DNA of 64,000 nt from Paramecium tetraurelia (taxonomy: Eukaryota), in assembly GCA_000165425.1 (NCBI GenBank), contig CT868019.1:248001-312000 (forward strand), read 5' to 3'. Below, in pieces: positions 41,263-54,287 of this stretch; within the stretch, counting starts at the first letter, position 1; each line of letters opens with the position of its first letter. Position numbers and translations under genes: made by a program. The notes below the pieces were generated by a model. It saw nothing but the letters and a program-made list of their open reading frames with translations. It made no database searches and was not told the origin of the DNA.

Positions 41263-42281
41263 ATGAATAAAGAAAATGAGGGATTTAATTTACCTGAACC
41301 AATTTGCAAAGCTCATCAAAATAAGAAGGTATCAATAGCTTAAAAAGTAGGCAAAATATAAAATTGTTGGTGTTCCATACCCTAAACCAAAGTTTAACTT
41401 GACTGATTTAGTTTGTTCCAAATGTGCCATTGCTCTAGTTAGTTAGGGTTACAAAGTAAATTTATAGTCGATTATAGGTTGATGACATTGAGTCAGATTA
41501 GACATAAGTTAGATAGGAATAAATACAACAGTTTCTGGAAACTATTTCATAAACATTTTTAACAATAGATCAAAGTGAGCAAAGTCTTTTAGAGAAAAGA
41601 GAGGATTTGATTCGATTTTGCGAGAAATAGAAAGATAAAGTAAGAGAGCATTATCATATCATGACAACCACCTTGGATCACAAACTTAAAGAATAAATTG
41701 ACTACTTGAATGAATTGTAAGGAAGAGCATTAACAATGTTTGAATAAAAGTAATCTGAAATCAAGGAGAGTCACAATGAATTACTTTAGATGTATAGTGA
41801 CATCGAAGTCAACCTTGATAATATAATTCTACAAATTGAATTGCTCCCTTACAAATAGATTATGGGTCAATACAATAAGAGAGTCTAAGATATCTAATAA
41901 TGTCTTGGTAAAATGGAGACTTAGAATGTCTATTTGGGACGGGTCTATAAAAAGGCAACAGATTAAAAAATACTGGGAGGCCTATTTGAAGATAGTGAGT
42001 TGGAGATAAAAATAGTTTAAACATCTCTGCTGAAAACAGAATAATAATAGGGTTAATCTGTATCAAGACTTATGTCCCCTTAATCCACTCAAGTGACAAC
42101 GCCAACAAATCAAACTCCTGACAAACAAAGATCGAATAGTTAGCCTAGTAAATTCTTAGAGATTTTGAATAAGGTTAATGAGAACTAACTTAAAACTAAT
42201 AATTTCTACACATAGTTGTTGAGAAGAGACTCTTCATTTGATCTGAGTGAAAAATATTGTTCACCTTCATTCAAAAAGTGA
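41263..42281 (+). CDS. Zn-finger (B-box-like) plus coiled-coil hypothetical protein
   Basis: ICKAHQNKKAKY...LVCSKCA, then coiled coil; short introns at about 41329 and 41456. Confidence 0.65.
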
Positions 42282-42435
42282 GCTTTTATAACTATATATA
42301 AAAATTTTCATTTACTTGTATTATATCAATTTAAATTATAAAATCTATATGATTTATTTAATATTTTTATAGGGTAATGATTTGATTAAATTAAATATTG
42401 AAAACTATCCAAAAAAAAAATAAATTAAATTTATT

Positions 42436-44869
42436 TCATTTGTAACATCTTCTTTGACTTTAGTTTTTCCAATGAGGTGATAATGGGGACCTATCATTTA
42501 TTGATTCATCATTTTCAATCCAATTATTAGAATTGTATGGTTTTGGATCAATTAGTTTAGGAACGATTTCTAAATTTTTTTTTATAACTAGAATTGCTCC
42601 TTTATTTTTATGTTTGCCACATTCATCAATAGTACTATTTACAGTTAATAATTGACCACCTAAATAAGAAGATCAAAATACCTGCGAATCTTTCGAATCC
42701 ATCCATAACACATTCATGAGAACGAATTATAAGATTGAGTTGATTTACTAAAAGAAACTGGATGACTCTATCAGGACCGAATTTTACAAGATTCGAATTG
42801 CCATTCGGATCTCTGGTTAAGTTTGGCTATATTCCAAAATCAGCATCAGAATCTGTAGGATCAGACCATAAAATATCAATAACAATTTATTCTTCATAAT
42901 TTGTGACTTCATGTACGATTTCAAGAGGCCTCTTTATATTTTCAATCTATGTCGCATAAGCTAAAAAACCACCAATACCACCATGTACACAGAATGCTTT
43001 ACCTTCAACAATTGCAGCCAATGGTAGCCATTCAAATAATCTATTAACTCTTGCAAATACAGAATCATCAGCATTTGGATCTTCATTTAATCTCATAGCA
43101 CACTCTTCTGAGAATCCAAATTAATTATTAATCTATTTATCTTCATGATTCCCTCTAATTAAATGGATCGAATCTGGATATCTAACTTTCAAAGCCAATA
43201 GTAAGCAAATGGTTTCCAGCGAATGGCTACCTCGATCAACAAAATTTCCTAAAAACATATAGTCAAATGCTTCAATATCGCCATCCTTACCATCTAAAAA
43301 TGGAGACCCCCATAAATCAAAGAACCTCATTAAATCTGAATATTGTCCATAAATGTCCCCAAAAATTTTAATAGGAGCATTGCACCTTAGGAGAATAGGT
43401 TGTTCTTTTATAATTGCTTCAGCTTAATCACAGAGCAAAATAATATCTTACGCTTTAAATAAAAATTTAGTGTTTTCTTGAAGGTTTAAAATGGTTTTTG
43501 GTTATAGCAGTTTATTAAGGAATAGATCAGCAATATTTTTAAGTTGAACAATTTAAGGAGGCATCGGTTTTTTATTCTAAGATTTTGATTAATTGTGTTC
43601 TTCTGCCACAATTGCTTAATTACTGAATTTAAAAGAAGGTTCAACTTGATTTTTAATATAAGGCTTCTGAGTAATAATTTAACAATTTTGTGTTCTACAA
43701 GAAGCAGTTGAACGAGGACTAGTTTAAGATGAAAGAATACTTTTTTAATGCATATTAGGCTAGCTTATTGCTTAAAGGTTTGCTTGGCAATAATAAGTTG
43801 TTTAAATTGATTAGAGAAATGGCACCAGTAGGGATATCAGGAGAGCTTAATCCGAATCCACCATAGATAAATATATTCGTTTCAACTATCCAAGAAGAAT
43901 GTTTGAATCTCTAAATACTTTTAAATTTAGACCATTCCTAAGTTTAAGTGTCAAAAACATTTATTGTGAGCATCTCATTTAAATTCCCAGTCTTGCCTCC
44001 AATTATAAATAGCATGCTATAGAAAAACAAACTAGTATGTTAATATCTACCTTTTGGTTACTCTTTATCAGGCTTATATATAATTCTCATCCAATCCCAT
44101 CTTCCATCTCTATGCCTTTTCAATGCCCATGTATCATTCAATGCTTGCTAATCCTTTGAACGGCCTCCAAAGATTATAAGTGTTTCATTTGCAACATCAT
44201 TTGTACAAACACTGGCGGAATGATAAACTCTAGCCATTGGTTATTCAGATTAGCATTCTATTTTCACCCAAACAAAAGGATTCTTTTCAACATTAATACA
44301 CCCTAATGTCTAAATCATGCATTCATACAGCAATCATTAATTGGTTCCTGCCCTGTACTTCCTCCAAATATAATCAAAAATGGTTTAGAATATGTTAGTG
44401 TATGTCCATACCTCCTTCCTGGAGTTATTCCAACTACTGATACTACACTCCATTCTCCAATATCATCTGCTGATCTTAAATCTAACAAGTATAAATCATC
44501 TGATGCCAAACTACCACCTAACATTATTTTTCAACACTTTTACCTCCTGTCTCTCCTCCGTAAATTACTATTTAATTTATCTCAATACACACTGCTGCAT
44601 GTGCTGCTCTTGGCTTAGGCACAGTTCCCTACACTAAAATTTTATATTTCATCACCTTTAACACTATTCCATTATTTTGTCAGAATGTCTAATGAGAATA
44701 TGTCTTCTGCAAATCTGTATATCCCAGTACTGTTTGTAGTATCTTATATTTAACACTCCTTGCCACCAAATAATATTGCTTTTCCTTTCTCAATATATGT
44801 CATTGTGTGTCCAAACCTCTCTGATGGCAATTATCCATACACTTTGACCTTTTAAAAACTATCCGTCAT
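42436..44869 (-). CDS. Kelch-repeat Ser/Thr protein phosphatase (PPKL/BSU1 family), catalytically divergent
   Basis: Kelch repeats (RFGHT...LFGG, PRAAHAA, RRYGHT, RVYHSA, RYQHT, RFKHS) plus PPP domain ([24 protein letters not shown]). Confidence 0.92.
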
Positions 44870-45433
44870 ATTTATTATTTTTAAATAAAAAATAAGGTCT
44901 GTAAATATTAATTAATCTTTTCTCTATTTCCTTCAATTACCAATTCTTAAATCATTTAATTTCTTGAATTCTTTTAATTTTATTTCTAAAAATCAATAAA
45001 TTCTACTTTCGAAGCACATTCTTTTTGTTCCTTAATTGGTCACCACTTTATTTGGGAATATTAAAATGACTAATTATTCTAGTTGAAATAATCAATATAA
45101 AAGAAAAAATTTTATAAATTATAATTATCTAGTATTATTAGCGCATCAATTTTCTATATACTTGTGGAAGAATGGATTCTAGCTTCTTAATTAAAAAATT
45201 AGGAACTAATCTCCACCAAACAAGAAGTAATGATAGAATAGAACATAGAAGACATTAAATTTATATATATATATTATAAATCGATAAATAATATCGATCT
45301 AAAATCCTAAATTAAACTTAAATGGATCCTGATCTGTTCTCATGTTTTTACTGCCATTTGAACATTAAATCTCGAGTATCCACCTCAATCAATTTATCAG
45401 TTTTTATTAATTAAATATAAGTAGAAGCTAAAT

Positions 45434-45646
45434 TCATTCAGATTTTAAAAGAAATTCCAACATCGATCCTGGAGCCTACGAGATGTCGCTAGAAGGAGGG
45501 CTGAATTTTGATAATAAATACTCGTTAGTATTCACCCATGAGTCTAAACAGTCTTCCTTAATAATTTATATTACTTAGATAATGCGTGGGTGAGGCTTTC
45601 TAATCTTATGATTAATCATTTACCTTATCTTTTTTTGCTATTTCAT
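45434..45646 (-). CDS. Small hypothetical protein (about 62 aa)
   Basis: MKQQKKI|RKPHPRII...MLEFLLKSE*; a 24-nt GT-AG intron restores the frame. Confidence 0.45.
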
Positions 45647-46295
45647 ATTGCTAATTTAAAATTTTATTTTTAATAATGAATTTGTTAGAATTTACATTGA
45701 TATGAACACAGAATATTTATTCTCATCTTAATTTTAAGAATAAATTAATTACAAGCTTAAACTAGATATATATAGTTTTCAACTATTTAATAAGAGAAAG
45801 AGAAGATATAGTAAGAATTGATTTTAGAAATATAACTTATACTTTTTTTGCTTTTTAGTAAGTAGAAATCCTCCTTATGTTAATACTTAAATAATTCATG
45901 GTATTACTATATTCTATTGATTGCATATTATATAATATCTCATTTTAAATTTATGTGATAAGTCTTGTTTGTTTAAGCATAGTGTAAAATTAATAAACTG
46001 CACAAATTGCCGATTAATTGAAATCCTCTTATAAATTGTCATTTTCATAGGTTTTTATAATTTTACTATCTGATTTAGGGATAAAAACACCTATAACCTC
46101 ATTCCTGTTATTATTCTGCTGGCAAATATTAAGTATTTTTTCATCTCATTTTTGAATCTTAAATCAGTATTCTTTCTGTTAGAATAGTTCTTTATAAATC
46201 AACGTCGTTAGTTTTACTATATTTCGATATTCAGATAAAATGAAAATTACTGTTGCATGAGATTTATAAATATATTATTTAAAATTCAAAATTAA

Positions 46296-46616
46296 ATGGG
46301 ATGCTGTTCTTCATCTAAATCTACAATTAAAAATGTTAAAAAACCTATTTTCAAATAGGATAGTTTATAATCTGAAAATAGTTCAATATTTATTGAATCT
46401 CAAGAAAAAAATAAGGAACAATCATAAGAACAAGAAACTTGTGCAAAACCAAGTTTAAATAAGAAGAAAACCAATTAATTAATATGTTTTTAAGTTTAAT
46501 AAGACAATATTCAAAATAAGGATAATCTTAATGCAGTAGATGATGAATTTTTTGAATCAAAAAATTAAAGCAATATCTATAAAATAGAAAAAAGAAATTC
46601 TGACTCTGATTATTGA
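46296..46616 (+). CDS. Small predicted myristoylated/palmitoylated protein (106 aa)
   Basis: MGCCSSSKS N-terminus; intronless 321-nt frame. Confidence 0.7.
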
Positions 46617-46758
46617 TATATAATTTGTAATCTTTATATGAATTCAACCCAAATAAATTTAACGAGGTTTTCATATTTCAAATTTAATTTTAATTAACTC
46701 TCATTTAAGTAACAACATCTAATTCAATACTATATCTAAATATTTAATACAAACGAAA

Positions 46759-46915
46759 ATGCCTTGGTTTCCTTTTAGATTATTTACTTTGACAAATATC
46801 GTGATGATGAATATGAATTCCTACAAATCATTTTGCCACTTGGATCATATAAGAGAGTTTAAGAATTTGGAAAAATTATGACATTTAAACCTCATGTTTT
46901 AAAGCCGAGAATATT
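46759..46915 (+). pseudogene. Degenerate CKS1/Suc1 (CDK regulatory subunit) copy
   Basis: MPWFP, frameshift, IIYFDKYRDDEYEFLQIILP...IMT then directly FKPHVL; the central EWRxLGVQQSxGWxHY block is missing. Confidence 0.55.
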
Positions 46916-47976
46916 GAATTTATATTTTATTGATTCGATATTTATCTTATACAAAAATAGTTTGAATACAATATAAAAATAAGGAAGGATAAATCCTCAT
47001 CAAAGGTTAAGTTCATTGAAGCAGTGATGATTAAATATTCATTTAGATTTAACCTACAATGATGAACTTCACATTAATGAACAAAATTGGCCATAAGGTG
47101 AAACTCTTTCCGTTAAAATAAAGCCTATTATTTATAAGCAAAAAGTTCCTCAAAATTTTTTGATCCAAACGCAACGAATAACTAGTAGCTTAATTTATAT
47201 TAATAATTTTTTTAAATAAGATTCAAATCATAGAAAATCTTTTCAATAATTATATTTTCTCCTAACATGACTAGACTTTAATTAAATAAAGAACCTCTCA
47301 ATCTAAAATAGATTTATAAACCTAAACACTGTATGGAAAAGCTATAGAAAATTTAAAACCTTGGGAGGCAAAAATTATTTAAACTAATAGATTTGTTTAT
47401 ATTTCCTTTCAGTTATAAAAGATATTTAATTTTTCTTTTACCTTTTATTGCCAATTCTAAAGTAAGCTAAATTAACTTGAATTCACCTTAACACACTCAA
47501 AGATAGTAAGGTTTCTGATTAACACAGTACAGAGAGTATCTTATTTTTTGGCATCTATGTAACTATTGTGATAAAATATCAAGCAATGTCAAAAACTATG
47601 TTGTCAGAATTGGTTTATGCTTTGGTGAAAGAATGCAATGAAATTGGGAATAATAAAATTGTTGCTCCTTTTTGGCTCTTTAATTAAGATATTTAGATGA
47701 TTAAGACTTTTATATCTATTATATAGTTAATATAATTTTAGTAAAAGAATATATTTAAATTTAGAAAATTTAAACCAAATTGAAATATAACAAAATTTAA
47801 TAAATATATTGATTTACAAATTCTATACAACACAGTCTAAAATGAATTGAGATATATATGATATGGTTTTGTAAATTAATTATCATGTCAGATTTTTCTA
47901 AAATTACACCTTCTAGTTTAATCATATTTAATTTCATCAGATTGAGGTATTTTAGTTTTTCGATTAAAATATTCAT

Positions 47977-48877
47977 TCATGTTTGAAGTGATTTAGTTTT
48001 ATGCTATAATTTATGTATTATATTCCTATTAAAAGTACATAAAGGATAGATAAGAATCGTCTTCCTAATCGTAGAGGTGAAATTTTTTTGGGATTATATT
48101 CACTTCAAATTGTTAACCATTATAATTGATTGCTGGCATTGAATTTTTAAGTTATCGATGAGCCCCTTGAAACATTCCTTGAAGTATTTTCAAAAATTAT
48201 TGATTTTCATTGGGAAAACACCAGGGCAATAAGCCTGTCTGATTAACATAATCCTGCAACATCTCTTCATTGATTCCAATTAATTACAGATATTAAGCAT
48301 TGATGGATTTTATCAATGTTGTTATTCTACCTTTTTGCTTCTTTTAAATATATACAACAAATGAGTTTTTAATGCTGTTTTCGTATTCTTACACTTCTTT
48401 CTCATTAGAAATGGGCAAATTATCGAGTTTCAATATATTGAAATGAAATAACTCAAATTGTTATCCTAAATTTGGATGATATTATTCTAATGTATTTTTT
48501 ACAACTTCGAGAGGAGTGAAGGGCCTATCGATTGGCTCGAAATAAAATATATAGTTGTTTTGATGTTTGTCATACCTAACAATTCTATAATTATACAAAA
48601 TTGGATCTATAGGCAAAGCCCCTAACTAGAGATAGGGATCCAATTGTAATGGAAATAACATGTCTGATTCTAGTCGAAAATATACGTGTAGGGAAATTTA
48701 AGCTGGGATTGATTGACTAATTTGAATAATTTACTTGAGTTTCGAAACATCTACATCACTACCAAATTTGAATTCTATGGTATATTAATTTCTTCTTTTT
48801 TCCTTCTTGATCACTTTGGATAAGGAAATGGTTTTTTCTTCTCTAGCCTCTTTTTGTTATTTTAGAAAATTAGACAT
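47977..48877 (-). CDS. Hypothetical protein
   Basis: Long code-6 frame MSNFLKQQKEARE...; a frame change near 48300 implies one intron. Confidence 0.5.
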
Positions 48878-48982
48878 CTGAAATGTGTATAATTTTAATG
48901 ATAATAATATTTGTAAAGGAATTAAATCTTAATAACAATAAATTTGGTTGAGAATAAATCTCAAGTTTAGAAATCAATATAT

Positions 48983-51152
48983 TCAGTCAAATAAATTAAA
49001 ATAAAATTAGATTACTGTAGAACTTTCTTAAAAAAAATTAGTGAATCTCCAAAGAGTAATTTAGAAGAAGATATAAATGAATAAGTTAATATGTACTTAA
49101 ATACTCATTCTTGGGATCTCACCATCATAGCAGGAAGAACAGGTAACTGATTAGCCATATCTTCCTCTAAATCTGGCTGAAAATTGGACTTTGGAGATTC
49201 AATATCAGAGAATTATAGTTGTAATTTCATAGGACTATCTTAAAATATGTTTTCCAATTTTTAAGTATTGCAATACAAATTCTCGAATAACTCCAGAATA
49301 TCCTCATCAAGAATGTCGAGGATTTTTTTATCAACTTCTGAAATTTCATGTTTTTGCTAGATTTTTACATAAGCAACGAAAGCCTCTTATAATCTCATAA
49401 ATTCAGGTTTTTCATCCTGCAGAATAACTTTATAGGCTTATTTTTATTCAACAACTTTCATTTTTTTTTGGAATTCTTCTCCAAACATAGCTTCCGGAAT
49501 AATTGGCTTAGGCAAATAATTAAACAGTTTTTATTATTGTTCATTAAGTAAGATTAGTTTTAATCTATCAATTTCATAAACTTTTGAAATTAAATTTGCA
49601 ATATCTAATTTATTCATAAATTTTTCAGTTGCATAATTAATAAGTTACTTCTCCTTCTTTTTGCACCCAAAACTCATCAAAATAATATCTCTCATAGATA
49701 AGTTAAGAGATTATTTCCTTTTTTTCAATAGTTAAATCATTTGCTTATAATTGTTGACTTTATCAACACTTTTAACGAAAATAGATTTGCTCATTGATTT
49801 TTGGCCTTGAAGAGAACGTTTACTTGTAAAAGATTTCCGACTTTCAACATCTAATTATTAGGAACCTAAAACATTAACTTTTTATGCAGATTAAGATTTT
49901 TTGACATCTTCTTTGACTTCATCAATAGAATCTGAACTGTGAAGAACCTCACTATTTGAACCTTCAAATCTAAATAATTTGTTAGCCATCTGTAAATTCA
50001 TGAAGGTTGAAGTTAATGGTTACAATAATGCACTCATGGCTAAGAATAAAATCTACCAGAGGCCACCAACGTTTCCAAAGATGTCTTATAGTTTTTAATA
50101 TTCTCTATTATAAAAACCTTATCTTGAATCCAAGTTTATTACATGTTAGATAATAAATTAATTATTATAATTATCCTGACTTTCTCGATTTTATGATTAG
50201 ATCAATCCATACTCTGTCTTTATGTCTTCCATAATATATCCAGTATCTGTATCAGATTCAATAATTTTGAAGTTCTAGAAAATCGATTTAGAAGTTGAAT
50301 TTGAGAATGTTGTGTATTATAAGTTAATTATGTCTTTGAATGGAGTTCCAGGATTTTTCATTTAAATTAGATTATCAATTAGATGAACTGCATAATATCC
50401 TGTTTACAATTCCTTCCATATTTGCTCTTTTGGAGCGCAATCAGTTTTATTTGTGGTGTTCTTACATTAAGCTATTGTAATTTGTAAATATTAATATACT
50501 GTTCCTTAAACTGTCCCTTGAAGTTGCTAAAAAGTTTTTAAATAATACTTACAGGGGGATTTTCTTGCCATTATTTTACATTCAAACATTAGACAAAACC
50601 AAGTTTTATTTTTGAAAAATAGGCTTTTTGCAAATCTGTTACGAAATGTTAATCACCGCAAGGCTCCGTTGGGTATATGGTACAACTGTTTAGACTGATA
50701 AAAATTACTTTTAAGATATCACTGTTTTATTAGTAGTTGGGTCTAATGATCTAACTCTTTTGCAATTCTAAACCGACATTGTAAAGTGCGTTCCTAAAGT
50801 TTAAAGAGAGCCCAATGATATGTTAGCCATTGTTATGCCAATAGTATAATTTTTCATTTCCAGAGGGTATGCCTGAATTATAATGAACACTTACATTTGT
50901 ATCCACAACTTATTCTTCAGACATCGTTACTCTAGGGCCTGTTTGAGCATATAAATCCTCCAATTGAATCAATGTATAAAGAACACAGACAATTGAAAGA
51001 CCTATCGTAAACAAAAATCCCAAGGATGTTGTAAATTTTTCTTATTTTAAAATTTTAAAAGCAGGAGGTGATCCAAACAGGTCCAAACCTCCATACATCT
51101 TTCTGAAACAAGTCTAGGTTTAATTTTTATTCTTTTTTTGATATTTGAGCAT
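48983..51152 (-). CDS. Ciliate-family two-TM protein with large Cys-containing ectodomain (DEG/ENaC-like topology)
   Basis: LDLFG...FTTSLGFLFTIG (TM1), loop with PCGDQHF and QCKNTTNKTDCAPKE, YQKLQDIFGNVGGLWQILF (TM2), long cytosolic tail. Confidence 0.72.
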
Positions 51153-52571
51153 TTAATTTATCAAATCTAAATTCTTTAATTTCAAACTTTTAATTTGTAG
51201 TTATATTCAAGAATTTTTGATACATCCTGCATCAAGATGTTAAAATATGATATCAGATTTATAATAATATTGCAAAAATAATTAAAGATTAAGATAATTA
51301 TTTATTTCATTTCATACATTAATTATATAACTATTTATTATTCTATAATCGCAATAAATTATATTATTTAATGTTTCAAAAATTTATTGATCGTAGATCA
51401 TAAATAATCACATGATTCGAATAATCTTATCTAATGGAAAGTGTTCCACTATGGTAGAATAATAAGATAAACAACAATTCTAATTTTAGTTCAGAATTAT
51501 ATATATATTTATATTGAAACTATTATTACGGTATTTCTATTATATCCAAAAACCTCTATAAATATTAAATAGTCAATATAATCTAAACTATATTAAAATT
51601 ATTCTTTCTAATTAATAACTATTTATAAATTGTCCAGCATTTTTTATTAAAAAACCTCATTTAAGTCAGTTTTTAACATAATAATTACTTGCAATTTCAT
51701 CCAGGCCTAACATGTTTTATTTTTGTAATTTTTAATCAAATATCATTCTTTTCTATGTTATTACCTAATTTTTTTGCATATTTTGTACGTTGGTAGTTCA
51801 AACGTTTTTAATTAAATTCATAATGTTTTTTACTATTGTGTTAAATTTTTTTCAGTTTTAACATAACTATCACTCAAAATATAAGTTATAAACTGTCTAA
51901 ATTTTTAGAACTTCTTAGAGTGTATAGTAAATCAAAAATTAAGGATTGTAATACTTATTTTTATTTAAGCTTTTCACAACTATTCCACCATCCTATTAGA
52001 TTGTGTTACTTATTATATGTGTATTAATTATTTGATTCCTTTTATAGTAATAAATGTGATGTAATAATTGTCCTCTTTAAATCACTCGAAGAGCATTATA
52101 AATATAATAATAAAAGCATTAAGCATAATCTAAGTTCCTGGTTAGATTCAAAGCATTGAAGGCGGCTTATTTTAGACAATTTCAGATGAAAATTGATTTA
52201 CAAGCTTCAGGTAAAAAATCAATTTCCATTGAATTGGATTTGCTTATTTTATTCCTAATGTTAATTCTAAGATGTTGATATTACATGTGGGAATATTTTA
52301 ACAGTTAGATTTAAAGTTCCTTTTTTTCATATTGTTGGAAGATTCAATTAAGTTTCAACATAAAAAATTAGATAGAAATTGGTCTGATTATTTATAATTT
52401 ATTTTTTATCATGATAGTTTTATAAAAAAATGTGTTATTTCTATGAATTTAAAGAACTCCTCTAAGCATTCTCTAATTAATCAATCTGTGGATAAATTTA
52501 GAGTTAAAAATAACTAGAAGGGGAGACTTATTAACAAAATAATTTATATATAAATTTATAAGTCAATTTTC

Positions 52572-54232
52572 ATGGAGTAACTGCTTGAACGATATCAAGA
52601 ATTAGAAAAACGTAATTCCGAAGAATTAGAACATGATAAATCAATAACTCATTTATTGTACATAGAAGGATTTAAGTGGGACGATTTAGAAAAGATAAAG
52701 AAAATACATAAAATTTCACAATCTAAGGTAGAAAAGAGAATAACTTTAGTTTAAGATGTAATAATAAAAGCATAGTATAGTTTGGGTTATTGAGAAGAGA
52801 TGTAGAGCCACATTCAACAGAAAATGAGTATTGCAAAAAGTTGCTGAAGGACATTGACATGCATATAAATTCGATTATGTTTGAGATTGACAAATTGGAA
52901 CAGTTGAAACAAAAATCACAGAGATTCTTAAGATTATAAAGTTAACCCAATTTAAAACCTGAGACTGCTCCAACTGATGTAATGACCCAAACAGGAGGCT
53001 TATTATCTAGTACAAGTGATGGCTAAACTCGGATGTATAAGAGCAGTTTTCAGTTTTATCGAGCCTAAAGGGATTAATAGATTCAATCACATAATCAGAA
53101 GTGGATAGAGAAATAATATAGCATTCAGAGAAAATTAATTGAAGATGAAAAAGAGTTTTAGAAGTTTCGTTTTGAGATTGAAGCAAAGTAAGTGAGGGCT
53201 GAAATGAATTTGGAGGAATATTAGTAATGGCAGGCTCGGTAATTGAAAGAACAAGAGGAGTTGAATTCGAAGAGATTGCAATTGCACAAAGATCGAATGT
53301 TAAAAGATCAATAACAAAGGTAGGCCATATTGGAGGACAAGATGTAGAGAAAAGAAAAATAATTAAAAAAGTAGATTTCGTTGCTACAAGATTTTCATGA
53401 AGAATAAAAACAAATAAAAGAGGAACACTTCTAAAAGATTCTGTAAAAGTCAATGGGTGCTTTGAATGACAAGGACAAATTTAATCAATATTAGAAGGAG
53501 ATATCGGAAAAAAAAGAATAGGAAAACTTAAGGAAATTGAAGTATATAGAGGAATCTAAGTAATGGACTAAGCAATAGTTGCAACAACAGGCAGACTTAA
53601 AGTAATAGAAGATAGAGAGAGCAAATGTATATGATGATTTTGTTATAATCATAGTTAATTTTAACAAGATAGGATATGCAAAGAAGAGAGAAATTCGAAG
53701 AGAAGGAAAAGAAATAATTAACATACATGGAGAAGTGTAAGAAGACGTTTTCAGAGTATTAGCACATGATTAATAAAGAGAAAGAAGATAAAATGCACAA
53801 TTTTTAGATTGTAATTTGTTGGGTGATGTTTTAATTAGAATAAAGCCATAGAGGATGCGAGCAGAGAGTAACTGATTAAGTATCAATTCGAGAGGAGATC
53901 AAATAGTTAGGCCTAGGCTTAGAGATTGATGGAGAGGAGATTGAAGATATTCTAGGAGGAGAAGGCAGGAGAGCATTTGATAAAATAGTTAGAGATTAAT
54001 CAGAGATTGAATAAATTGGAGTGGGAACAGGAATTAAAGAGGATGAAACAATAGATGTTGGAGGAGGAATAGAGATAACGATAATTGATGATTGAGTATA
54101 ATGATAGATTTAGATTGTAGGAAGGATGCGAGGGAGACGATGAGGGAGAGGGAAAAGAATACTCGAAAGTTGGAAATAGAAAAGGAGTTGAGAGAGAAGG
54201 AGATGAAGACTTTGAAGTATTAGAAGGTCTGA
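52572..54232 (+). CDS. Long E/K/R/Q-rich coiled-coil protein
   Basis: MEQLLERYQELEK...; purine-rich heptads; several short introns. Confidence 0.65.
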
Positions 54233-54287
54233 ATGAATTACAAGTGATAAGAAAATTAGTAAATTTAATTATTTATATTTGAATTTA

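Noticed and set aside
45500..45595. Inverted repeat (tcacccatg / cgtgggtga) near an Sm-like AATTTTG, suggesting an snRNA or other ncRNA
   Set aside because: No match to U1/U2/U4/U5 hallmarks that I can recognise; it lies within a plausible spliced minus-strand ORF, and the stem is short. An Infernal/Rfam scan would settle it
51153..52571. 1.4-kb AT-rich spacer as a retained IES or transposon fragment
   Set aside because: No terminal inverted repeats or transposase similarity visible; TA-bounded IES ends cannot be identified from one sequence
52650..52780. Apparent 8-nt micro-exon between two introns
   Set aside because: A single 23-nt intron model keeps the frame more parsimoniously
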